Position numbers and translations under genes: made by a program
Assembly: GCF_035594765.1 (NCBI RefSeq)
Contig: NC_085841.1
Coordinates: forward strand, 83,065,574 to 83,129,573
DNA: 64,000 bases
From: Anolis carolinensis
Lineage: Eukaryota
Direction of reading: 5' to 3'
Part shown: in pieces, positions 13,891-25,733 of the stretch
How positions within the stretch are numbered: the stretch's first letter is position 1
Layout of the letters: each line of letters starts with the position of its first letter
The notes under the pieces: generated by a model
What the model was told of the DNA's origin: nothing
The model's input: only the letters and a program-made list of their open reading frames with translations
Database searches by the model: none

Positions 13891-14956
13891 TAATATAAAA
13901 GGTGTAAAATTATTCTAAAACACTATGAAAAACAGATAATACTACAGCACAACATTATACCCCCCTCAAAAAAAAAAGACTTCTGCACAACCTTTTTATC
14001 ATCAAATGCTGGTATGAATAAAGTCTGTGTGTAGCTTCACTGGATGCGCATACAAAAGTAAGAGTAGTTTGAGTACCAGCTATGACGTCCATAGCTGGTA
14101 CTCAAATTACCCTTACATTGTATGGGTGATGATCATTTTTAAATGTTGATGTTGTTTAAAAACATTTGAATATACAGTACCATTTTCATATCCATGGGAT
14201 TGAAACCCACAGTTTCATCTTTAAAAAGATATGTTCTTTTGAGGCATTTTCTAGATCCACCAGCACAATTATGTAGTATGCTTCTGCAGGAAGTCATCCA
14301 TCTCAATAGAGTTTGCTATCATCTGCAGTTTTACATTTTCATGGCAAGCCTAAGAATGTTTCCCTCATAGATATAGGGGTTGTACTATAGAGCTAAAATG
14401 AAGGCATAAAGAATTTACACAATGTCTTAATTATCACCATCTTGAGGAGACTTATCTGTGCCTCAATTCATGTGCCTCAGACCGCAGTTGGGAGCTTATC
14501 CATTTGAATGTATTGACATACAAATACATCTATATAGGAAAATAGCATGTCAACAAAAACCTGCTAGATTTCTTCTCCATAATATCCTACAGTTTTTGTA
14601 TTTAAAAGATAGGGTGTTTGGATTGTTCTTCAACACACTTTACAGTATAAAGTGATAGACCTCAAAAAAGAGCTTATCTTTTCAATTACAGATTGGTAAA
14701 AGGAGAGCAAAGGTACAGTGTAAACAGATTTCATTGCGGTAGCTTTGTTCATCTGTCAGAGCCAAAAAAAAAATGAGGTTCAGATGTTATTTTTCTTGTT
14801 TCAATCAGCATATGAAGAGGGAAACATTTACACCTGCCCTGTTTTTCACTCTTCTCATGTGGAAAACAAATAGTGTGAAAGGGTTACACAAAGAATTTCC
14901 ATATGAGCCAAAACCATGATTTTCCAGCATCTTTGTTGGAGACTATCCACACTAGC

Positions 14957-15244
14957 GGGGGCCCTGATGGTGGCGCAGTGTGTTAAAGCGCTGAGCTGCT
15001 GAACTTGCAGACCGAAAGGCCCCAGGTTCAAATCCCGGAAGCGGAATGAGCACCCACTGTTAGCCCCAGCTCCTGACAACCTAGCAGTTTGAAAACATGC
15101 AAATGTGAGTAGATCAATAGGTACCACTCCGGCGGGAAGGTAACGGACAATGCCGGCTCTTCGGCTTAGAAATGGAGATGAGCACCAACCCCCAGAGTCG
15201 ATCACGACTGGACTTAACGTCAGGGGAAAACCTACCTTTTTACC
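14957..15244 (+). mobile_element. Sauria SINE (internally deleted)
   Basis: tRNA-like A/B boxes, ACCTTT-type tail, TSD ATCCACACTAGC (14945-14956, 15245-15256). Confidence 0.9.
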
Positions 15245-15330
15245 ATCCACACTAGCATGAGAGCTGTTGTTGTTTCTGTTGCTGTTGTTGCTGTTGTTAT
15301 ATTTTTATCCCTCTCTGCAATGTACAATTT

Positions 15331-15647
15331 GAGGCCCCTGGTGGCACAGTGTGTTAAAGCGCTGAGCTGCTGAACTTGTGGACCAAAAGGTCCCAGGTTC
15401 AAATCCCAGGAGCGGAATGAGCGCCCGCTGTTAGCTCCAGCTACTGCCAACCTAGCAATTCGAAAACATGCAAATGTGAGTAGATCAATAGGTACCACTC
15501 CGGCTCCATGCAGTCATGCCGGTCACATGACCTGGAGATGTCTATGGACAACGGCGGCTCTTCGGCTTAGAAATGGAGATGAGCGCCAACCCCCAGAGTC
15601 GGTCACAACTGGACTTAACGTCAGGGGAAACTTTTACCTACCTACTT
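15331..15647 (+). mobile_element. Sauria SINE
   Basis: TSD AATGTACAATTT (15319-15330, 15648-15659). Confidence 0.9.
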
Positions 15648-15999
15648 AATGTACAATTTAAAACCTACAACATAAAAACACTAAAACAAAATTATATATG
15701 GAACTATTAAAATAAATATTTAAAATTATTAGAACCAATTTAAAACTTCTTAAAATACTTAAAATACTACGCAGAATCCTTGGCCTAGGCTTTCTACCTG
15801 GAACAGAGCTCATCACATGTTCCAGGGTTAAAAAGAGGCAAAAAAGTCCTGAAAAGAGGGAACTCTGAACACGGGCCAGCAAATGTATTCAGAGTTCCTA
15901 CCTCTTATCACATTTTACTCCCATATTTACAACTGAAAAACAGGTGGGATGGGAACTACAAAAAGTTTCCCATCCTGTTTCATTGCCCAACCATCAGCA

Positions 16000-16437
16000 G
16001 TCTCTTGTATCCTATGGGAGTTGATGCAGAACCATAGGATCCTATGGAAAGAAATTGTTTAACCTGGATCACTGTCTTTTATTCAATAGGGATTGATGCA
16101 GAATAATAGGGTCCCATGGAAAGAAATGGTTTTAACCTGGATTGCTGTCTCTTGTTTCCTATGGGGTTTGATACAGAGCTATAAGATCCCATGGAAAGAA
16201 ATTATTTAATCAGAATCACTGTCTCTTGTTTCCTATGGGGTTCATGCAGAACCATAGGATCCCATGGAAAGAAATGGTATTGACCTGGATTACTGTCTCT
16301 AGTGTCGTATGGGGTTTGATGCAAAACCATAGGATCCCATGAAAAGAAATTGTTTTAGCCCAGATAGCCATATCTTGTGTCCTATGGGGTTTGGGGCAGA
16401 ACAATAGAATCCCATGGAAACAAGTGATTTTAAACTG
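16000..16437. repeat. Minisatellite, about 6 copies of a 72-75 bp unit
   Basis: Unit approximately GTCTCTTGTTTCCTATGGGGTTTGATGCAGAACCATAGGATCCCATGGAAAGAAATTGTTTAACCTGGATCACT. Confidence 0.9.
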
Positions 16438-16578
16438 GTGTCAGAGTCCTTTAATGTAAGAGGCTCTGGGCAGGGCAAGGGATCACTTGGTTTTCAGTTA
16501 TTATTGTTTCTGCTGATTTAAAAAAGTAATACTGACCTTGTGATGAAAGATTAATGTATTGTCAGCTCTTAAGTTTCT

Positions 16579-16581
<3 letters not shown>

Positions 16582-16637
<56 letters not shown>
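16582..16637. repeat. (TG)n microsatellite
   Basis: Seen directly. Confidence 0.98.
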
Positions 16638-16638
<1 letters not shown>

Positions 16639-17504
16639 TGGAGAGGCAGAATGTGAAACGGGACTTCTGAGGATATATGAGGGGAAATTCTCTATTCTTA
16701 AGGAGACGATCACTCATGTTTTCCCCTCTCAATGTGATGAGGTGGCAAAGTATGTACCACCATGACCTAATCCAGGATATCATGGTCGATGGCACTGAAA
16801 GCTGCCGAGAGGTTTCAGAGAACCAACAGGGACACACTCCCCTCTGCATAGGTCATCCATCAAGGCAACTTAGGGTCCTTCCACACAGCCATATAATCCA
16901 GAATATCAAGGCAGTTAATCCACAATATCCGCTTTGAACTGGGTTCAGGCCTAAAAACAGATTGAACTGGATCTAGATAGTCCATTTCATCTAGGAACCC
17001 CTAGAGTTGTGAGGTCTTTCCAATCTTATTGCTTTCCACATAAATTAAAAAGAAAAGTACAAGGGACAGGGACAGGCCATGTGCTCTTCTCTTCACATGT
17101 GGATTGAAACCAAGTAAGAAATACCTGAACAGCGCTCCAGTTTTGTGGTATTTTAAAGATTAACTCATTTATTGTGGAATAAGCTTTTGTGGACTATATA
17201 TCAAGTATTACCATATTATATTAAATGGATAATTTGCATTTTTCTTGCAGAATATGCATAGCCTTCAAGTAACAAAGGCAAATGTGGACAACTCAATGGT
17301 GCAAATGGGAATATGTTGCATATTGACTGATAAGCACAGATCCAGAAAATGAAAAAGCAAGATTAAAGCATTGCCTTAAAAAGGTATTGTGTGCCCCTTG
17401 ATAGATAACATACCATTTGTGGCTGACACAGTAGTATTAGCAGTGGTAGTAGTATCAATAATAATACTAACAACAACAATCAGATTAGCACCCCAAATTT
17501 TAAA

Positions 17505-17684
17505 AAGGAAGAGGAAAGGGCGTCAAGCCAACCCTGACCTGGACCACCTTCCACCGATGTCCTCACTGTGGAAGAACATGTGGGTCAAAAATAGGACTCC
17601 ACAGTCACTTACGTATCCACCGCAAAGACAGTACATTTGGAGGGCCATCATACTCAGACAATGAGTGATCGCCTAAGTAAAGTA
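17505..17684 (+). mobile_element. RTE-clade LINE 3' fragment
   Basis: Encodes the C2H2 remnant CPHCGRTCGSKIGLHSHLRIH; ends GATCGCCTAAGTAA. Confidence 0.75.
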
Positions 17685-19069
17685 TAGGGAAAACATGTAA
17701 TAACGCTGAAAATAAATAGATATTTGAAGGTTATCTGCAAATAACTGGATTATTTACAATGTGTTATTTTTAAATCTGCTCATGTGTTCCAAAATTTTAA
17801 TATTCAAAGTTTCATAGTTTTACTCATACAAAATGTATTGCACTGGCATCAGTTCAGGCACACCTGATACAGCTATTGAAATTCATGAGGGTCTTTTAAT
17901 TCATACTTTTTACAGCTTGTAGGTTTCTGAATGGCCGTTAGAATTGAAGAGCATACTTCATGTCTCAGACACTTTTAATGACCAGGAATACCACCACATT
18001 TTTCATTGTGTTCTTGCTAGAATCTCAGCATGTCTGCATATCCTGAATTTTTCTAACAGAGTGGAATCCAAATATCAAATGTTCTAGGCCCTCTCTAATA
18101 CATTATCAATTACTTGCCAAGGTTATTTAATGATACCTTTTCATCACTTGCCAGACAGTGAAAGTCTATGCTGAAAACCTATCCTGTTTCCTCTTGTATA
18201 TCAACCTATTATAGGTAGCTATTCTATGTCTATGTCTTTCTAATTACAGATTTGGGACCAACACCATGGTTTAAACAAGCAGCTAGCCAATCTATAAAAA
18301 CCTGAAAATGAACACCCAAGGTATCTTACTCTACCACTATAGCCACTGCCTTTAAATATATTTTAAGATTACCATTTTCATGTAAGTTAAAAAGCTGGTT
18401 TTTTCACACTACATAATATGTTGCTGCTCAAGGTGGTAAGAATAGAGGGCATCATTGTACTTTCTTCCTTGCATGATGGGCACTTCCTGTGACATGACAC
18501 ACACACACACACACAAGTTGGGACTTGATACTAAATGGCATAATTCTTCACCTTATATAACGTGACAGTGATCTAAACTGATTGAAGTCATCAACTGTAT
18601 CCCTATACAAACACTTCTGTCTCTTGTTAGTAGCAAAAGTGCTTAGTGAAGCAGATGGAAACATCAGTTTCTCCCTCTGTTCAGATACTAGATGAAAAAA
18701 GCCTAAAATGTAATGACAGCACCTATATATAACTCGCATAAGTGTGCATAGCCAATGCTTGAGAAAATAGTAAGCCATGAATACATGGTTCCCCTGCCCC
18801 TGCTTTTCTGTTAATCTCTAGAAGAGAAAGAAAATTGACACAGTAAAATGCATCTTGTTTTTCTAAATACTAATATTTTCAATGTGTGATCAGTTTAAGT
18901 AACAGTCCTGGGAACATGTTTATGGGTGGTGTTAGATGCCTATACTCTTAGACATATAGGCATCTTAATTAATCAGAGACAGATAAGAAAGGTTACTCAG
19001 AAAGATTTCACGTCATGCTTCCTAGCTTATATACTTCAGCATTTATATTTCTAAATATTCTGCTACAAT

Positions 19070-19670
19070 AATAACTTTATTCTTATATCCTGCCCCATCT
19101 CCCGAAGGGGACTCGGGGCAGCTTACATGGGGACCAAGCCCATGGGGACCAAGGCCCAACAACAATAAAATATCTCAACATAAAATACATTGCAATTGCA
19201 GTATTTAACACATAAAAACATAAAACATCATAAAAACATAACTCAGTGGTTGATAACTAATAGCCGAGTGCAATGGGCGTGTTCGGTGTTGAAGACAGGA
19301 CATAACAGGATGTGTGCAATATACTGTAAGACCATTGTTACAGGGGGCTGGTAATAAAGTGCAGTGGTCAGGTATTAAGGTAGGGGTAGAAAGGCCACAT
19401 CAAATTATAACTGATCAGTCAAAGGCACATTGGAATAGCCAAATTTAAAGGTCTTTCCGGAAAGTGTTCCCGAGGGGAAGGTCATCTAATTTCTATTGGA
19501 AGGGAGTTCCAAAGTCAGTGTCACCACTGAGAAGGTCCTCTCCCTCGTTCCCATCAACTGTGTTTGAAATGGCAGTGGGAGCAAAAGAAGGGTCTCCCGG
19601 CAGATCTTGAAGTTCATGCTGGTTCATAGTTGAAAATGCGATCGCAAAGATAAGCTGGACCCAAACCATT
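19070..19670 (-). mobile_element. L2 LINE 3' fragment
   Basis: Reverse complement of the 3' motif GTAAGCTGCCCCGAGTCCCCTTCGGGAGATGGGG also seen at 11178 and 28255; WNSLP-like remnant. Confidence 0.75.
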
Positions 19671-19792
19671 GCTATTATTAACACAGACAATTTTCAGATA
19701 TATCCTATTTCAGGTTCTTTATAATCAATAAGCATTGATTGCTTAAATGTGTGTTTGTACCAATATGTTGAGCTTACGGTAATTTAGTTCAG

Positions 19793-20004
19793 TGTGTTGT
19801 CAAAGGCTTTCATGGCCGGGATCACAGCATTGTTGTATATTTTCCAGGCTATATGGCCATGTTCCAGAAGTATTCTTTCCTGACGTTTCACCCACATCTA
19901 TGGCAGGCATCCTTAGAGGTTGCCTGCCATAGATGTGGGTGAAACATCAGGAGATAATACTTCTGGAACATGGCCATACAGCCCGGAAAACATACAACAA
20001 CCCC
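19793..20004. mobile_element. Penelope-like insertion with inverted arms and 12-bp TSD
   Basis: About 80-bp inverted repeat (19830-19909 / 19921-20000); TSD AATTTAGTTCAG (19781-19792, 20005-20016). Confidence 0.85.
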
Positions 20005-20342
20005 AATTTAGTTCAGCTCTGGTTACAGCCAAGCTAGTCATGATAAGTGATCTCCCCCTGTCTTCAGAGGCTTTACAAGTTTTATGACAGAAAAATGTTG
20101 GATCAAGGCCACTGCAGGGGAGCTGAGGAACTGTTTCCACCACAATTAGATTTAAATTCTTCCCAAATCCTTAGGAAGAAAAGGACACAATTGATACAAG
20201 ACCATTTTGAGGTGTCTCAAAACACTATTGTTTTAGGTACATTATAATTACATTTGTTTCCCTCCATATAGCTGGGCAGGGGTGAAATGTTGATGATCAT
20301 AAAGAACTTATGTCCCAAGTCCCACAGCAATATTCTCCTGAT

Positions 20343-20795
20343 CAGAGCCTTCCTGAGATAATTTTCGGGAGTAGGCAACCAGAATTTTGGCGCCCCCCCC
20401 CCCAAAAAAAAACAAATTGCTGAAAAATACATGCGGCAGCAGCAGCCCCCTGGAGAGCACGCACACCGGTGCACACGGACATGGAAGGCCCAGCCACCCA
20501 TCCGTCGGGGTCGATTGGAAGGCCTGCACACACGTACAGGCCCATCAACCATGCAAAAAACATGGTTGATGGGCCTGTGCGTGTGCGCAGGGCTTCTAAT
20601 CACCCCTGCAGACACGGAAGGCCCACCTGTCCGCATGGTCAATTGTTTGGTGCCGCGCAGAACGATTGCTTTGGCCTGGTGCCATGTGGAGCTATTACTT
20701 TGGCCTGGTGCCGCGCGGAGCGGCCTCGTTGGTGCCCCCGGTAATAATGCGCCACAGGCGAGCACCTAATTGGCCTTGCCGGTGGACCGCCTCTG
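20343..20795. mobile_element. Non-autonomous hAT element, GC-rich, 8-bp TSD
   Basis: CAGAG...CTCTG termini; TSD CTCCTGAT (20335-20342, 20796-20803). Confidence 0.88.
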
Positions 20796-20820
20796 CTCCT
20801 GATCCAGTTTCCTAGTCCTG

Positions 20821-21063
20821 GGGTGCATCTGCGCTGTAGAAGTAATGCAGTTAAACACCACTTTAATTGCCATGGCTCAGTGCTATGAGATCCTGGAAGT
20901 TGTAATTTGGTGAAGCACCAGTACTATTTGGCAAAAAATCTTTTATAGTTATACGAGTGTTAACTTTGTACAGTATAACAGCATCTCCCATAATTCCATA
21001 GCACTGAGCCATTGCAATTAAAATTGTGTCAAACTGCATTAATTCTATAGTGTAGATGGACCT
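20821..21063. mobile_element. Long-TIR MITE (other copies about 30080-30258 and 61742-61940)
   Basis: About 65-bp imperfect inverted repeats CATCT..CTGTAGAA..TAATGCAGTT..GCCATGGCTCAGTGCTATG. Confidence 0.75.
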
Positions 21064-23309
21064 CACTGGGTTTCTAGAGTACACAATATACTGTCAATCA
21101 ACTTCTGTTCTCATGAATCTGTTGCACTGTTGGCTTCCACCATTTTAATTTATGAAATTTTGACTCATGCAGTTTCAATAGATATTAGGAGAAGCTAGTT
21201 TCCTGGAACTGTTGAAATGAAACTTAAAAGGTCATGCACAGCCTTGCTAATCCTTGTCAAGTGTGTAACTATGTAAAATGTGCTGTTCTACACGTAAAAC
21301 CTTGGTAATAACCAAGCTAGATATGATGTCACAATTGTATAGAAAACATCCTGAGTAAAGGAGGAAAAAGTTATGTAGGTAAGGAAAGCTGCTGTACTCT
21401 TCATCAAGTTTATTTCATTGTAGTTCACTTTCACTTTCTGCTTGGAGAAAACTCTCTGGATTATCTTTGTTCATCAAAGTCATTCTCTCCCCACCCAAAC
21501 AAGTGCCTTTCCACATATTTCATATGATTATGGCAATTCTAGAGAATTAAAAATATGTTGGTTGCAATTAAATCTAGCTTGACCCTTATTTTATGGGTGC
21601 CTAGGTGAGAAACTTTAACATCCCAGTTACAGATCTGAAACAATTATTTTGGGAAGGTCAATCTCTAAGAAATTGACCCCCCCCCCCCCCAAGTTGCTGC
21701 CCTATTACGGTATACTGCAAATCCTACTTTCAACTATCTTGTTTTATTTTAGGAATATGTATCCTAATTCTTTTTAAAGAAGTTTTGTTGTTATTTGGCA
21801 TCAAGTCAGCTGTGGATTATGGCAACTCTATTGAGAGACCTCAGCTAGGATATTATTAAAGCCCTGCTGAGGTGCTGCAAACTAAGGGTCGTTGAGGCTT
21901 CTGTCACTGAGTCAATCCAACAGTAGTATGAGCCTACTCTTTTCGCATTGCCTTACCAAGCATTAGCATTTTTCCTATGATTACAGAAATTAATACATTC
22001 AATTAATTAGAACAAAAATATAAGATGATTAAAATAAAAAACAAAATTACCAAATATCAAGAGTGTCATAAGAAGGATAGCATACCAGTTGGTAATGCTG
22101 CTTTTATTGATCATGCAAGCAGAAGAAATGTCTTTCAGAAAAGCAAGAGTTTTGCTAGGTACATGCAAATGCCTGACAATCAAGCTGTGAGCTAGTGTCT
22201 ACAAGAGGAGTGCAACCTATGCAAGATATGCTGCAAACGAAGTAGGGAAGCAGCAGAGCCATGGATAGGTATTTGACCTGTCTTGGATGAATTACATATG
22301 AAGGCTCTTATCCTGATGATAATCCTTGACAGAGCTTGAAAAAATCATTCTTTCAACTAAAATGCCCAGAAATTTCTGGCTAGCATAGCCACTGAGAGTT
22401 GTAGTGTAAACAGTTAATTCTCCAAGCTCCTGCACTTAAGCAGGTACTGCTTCTAGATACTCAAGTGGCACCAATGAGTAAACATATCTTCTACTACCAA
22501 TTACATGGTTCAGTGGAGTAATCAAATTTAGACATTGATTATGCCAGATTGGACAACATACAGAGAGAGAAGGGGGGAGGGAGGGAGGGAGGGAGGGAGG
22601 GGGAGAGAGAGAGAGAGAGAGAGAGAGAATTGAGTTGGGCAATCCATGGTCCTCCAGCTGTTGCCTTTTAGCTTCCATCAACATAGCCAATGGTAGTGAA
22701 TAATGACAACTTGCCCAATTCTGTTCTGAAGCTCAAAATTACCCTTATCTTGGAAAGTTTCAATTTGTTTGCCCACATTTAATTCTCTATGATTGCAAAA
22801 TCTGATCAAAGTGAGAGTTTCAGCATGTTCCCTCCTCCCACTCATGCTGTATCCATTTTTATGTTTGAATAGATGGAGGGATCCCAATCAATATTGGGAA
22901 TACAATGTCTGTGCCTTCAAAGACATGTCCAGCTCATGGCAACTCTAACATAAGGATTTATTGACAAACAATTTTCCTCTAAGAATGAGAGTGTGTGACT
23001 TCCTCAAGGTCACCCAGCAGGTTTCCATGGCTGAACAAAGAATTGAGCCTTTTAATCTCCTGGAATCCAACTCAACACTCGAACCAACATTACACTGTCT
23101 TATTTTGTCCTCTCCCAATCCAGACTGGAGAGCCCAGGTATGCATTGTTAAAATATGTGTTGATTTGAAACTTTAAAAACTGATCTTCACCCAGAGCATT
23201 CAAATAAAACACAGTTAAAATATAATGATATAATAAATGTAATAAAAACTTTTCCAAACTATTAAATAACTAAAACAAAGAAAAGAAACAAATAAATATG
23301 ACATTAATC

Positions 23310-23420
23310 AACCAGGGGCAGCTAACAACTCTGAACAAAGGATGCCCCCAGGCAGGAAGAAGCCAGGAGATGAAGCTATTTGATGCTAATTAAGGTGATT
23401 AACTACAACATTCACATTTG
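23310..23420 (+). mobile_element. Penelope-like pLTR fragment
   Basis: Similar to the reverse complement of 29585-29700. Confidence 0.6.
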
Positions 23421-24198
23421 CAGCATCTACTTCGGTATAGATCCAGATGAGGGACCTCTGCTCACTAGGAGAATGGCTTTAAAGTAAATGGTATTGGCCC
23501 TGAAAGATCCAGAAGAATAATTGCAGTCACACATTTTGCTTAAATATTATAGTCATTTCACCCATATTATAAAAAAACCATGAGCTCAGTTTTTTAAAAT
23601 GCCCTACAAACCAACATTTTAAGAACAATAGAATCAACAGTATATTTTATAATAAATAATGCATAAAGATTTCATTCCTTATTACTTGCCAGTCAGAATA
23701 ACTCCACTGTCTTGTACTGAGGATATGCAAAACTAGCAGGAATAAAGATTTCTGTGCCATCATGAAAATGATTCTAGCTTAAGTATAAATGCCTCATGAA
23801 TTTCCTTCTACCAACATCCCAGGTTGTTCATCAGTCCCTGCTTTGTGGTAAGCCAGTGAGCCATAACTCTACTAGGATGGGAAAGGTGTCTGAAAGTGAT
23901 TATGTTAACTACCCAGTCCATCTTCAAATTCCAAAAATGAACCAGGCCATTGACAGAACTGACAGCCATATCGGTTGAAAAAATCCTTTAGACCTTTAAA
24001 AAACCCTCTTTAAATACACTAGTTTCTGAAGGTGAAACATCCTTCTGTATTCTTTCCATTTGCAGAATTGATTAGCTGTTATAAGTTTAACCAGGTAGTG
24101 ATCTGTTAGTGTCAGGAGAATTATACTGTTTCCTTACTGCAAGGATGGAGAACCTCCAGGCTACAAGTGGATGCTGCCACCCCCAATCAATGACAAGC

Positions 24199-25733
24199 AC
24201 TTTTTAAGTGGAGGGCCGGTTCATGGTCCCTCAGACTTTTGAGGGGCCGATGTCAAGAGTCAGACGCCAATTAGCAAACAAAAATAGAGTTTATTCAGCA
24301 GATAAGCCAAAAAGTAATGTTAACACAGCAAAAACCTTGAAACACTTCACTATCAGTGCTTCAAGAGCAGTTCAAACAAAAATACAATTCAGCAACACAA
24401 GCAGGTAAAAACAAAGCTAAACAAACTTAGTGTAAACTGCACTTTCTGAGTCCAAGCCCTGCCAGCCGGCTCTGTAGTTTTCAAAGGAACAGTTCCCAAA
24501 AGGAAACACCAAATTGGTCAGGAAACAAAGAAACAAACTAAGAATGCAGTAGACTGCTTCCACAATGTGGATAAAGCCGAAGGCTCCAAAAGGATGGTGA
24601 AAAGACGTCGTCCGGGATTCCAAGGTCAGGTCAGGAGATAACAGCGGTGTCCAAAGAGCAAGCCAGGAGTCAAAAGCCGATAGTAGTCATCAATCACAGG
24701 GCGAAGGCAGTAGCAAGGTCAAATTCTGATCCAAGGTCTGAAGAGGGTGCAGTCATCCAAAACAGGTCCACGATAAGACACAGCGAGAGCCAAGCTAGGT
24801 GATAACAGCAGATTCAAATCATAGTCCAAGTCCAGTCTTCATGGAAACACAGAGATCCCAATGGCGCCTCAGCAACACCTTGCCACACGCAAAGTGCAGT
24901 GGCCAAACATTCCCATTTTATTCCCCTTCCTCCTGGGTGACCAAACACTCACACCCAAACACCAGGTGTCCCAAATCTACTCAGAATCTGAGCTCCACAC
25001 ATCTAGAGCTCGTGGATCTGGAGTACCTAGCAATTCGTCGGAGTCCCAATCATCCTGCCCACACTTAGCCCCATGAACACTTAAAGAACCATCCTCCCTT
25101 CTCCAAGCATGCCAATTGGGATCAGCTCCTGCAGAAACCCCAGGTTCAGAAGTATCCATAGACCCCAAATCCCCAGACATCTCCGGTGGCTGTGCCCATT
25201 CAGTGCCCGCTTCCCCAGCCACCACCTGTTCCTCAGCCTCCATCTCCCCATCTGAATCTTCCTCAGAAGATCCCCTATATAGCTCTCTAAGTCGCTTCCT
25301 GCGCAACTCCTCCAGTGAACCCTCATCACGAGGGTTTTTTCTTCCTCTTCGAATTCCATCCCCATCAACCATAATCCCCGAAGGCGCAGTCACAACAGCC
25401 GAATTATCATTTGAAAAAAACAACGAATAAATTTCTATGCACACTGCACATGTCTTATTTGTAGTGCAAAAAAACAAACAAAACAGCAACAATAAAAGAA
25501 CAATACAATATTTAAAAATAAAAACAATTTTAACCAACATAAACCTATCAGTATTTCAATGGGAAGTGTGGGCCTGCTTCTGGCCAATGAGATAGTCAAG
25601 TTAATTAGGATTGTTGTATGCCTTCAAGTCATTTCAGACTTTGGGCAAGCCTAAGTCTAAAACTGAGTGGGGGCCAGGTAAATGACCTTGGAGGGCCGCA
25701 TCTGGCCCCTGGGCCTTAGTTTGGGGACTCCTG
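24199..25733 (+). mobile_element. Non-autonomous hAT (OC1/nhAT1-like), left TIR missing, split by the solo LTR
   Basis: Right end GGGCCTTAGTTTGGGGACTCCTG; internal CTATGCACACTGCACATGTCTTATTT motif. Confidence 0.75.
24251..25397 (-). mobile_element. Solo LTR (Gypsy-like), 1147 bp, inserted in a hAT MITE
   Basis: TGT...ACA ends; 5-bp TSD GCCGA (24246-24250, 25398-25402); AATAAA on the minus strand near 24290. Confidence 0.88.

Noticed and set aside
16000-16437. CRISPR-like periodic array
   Set aside because: Whole units repeat with no unique spacers; vertebrate context; no cas genes
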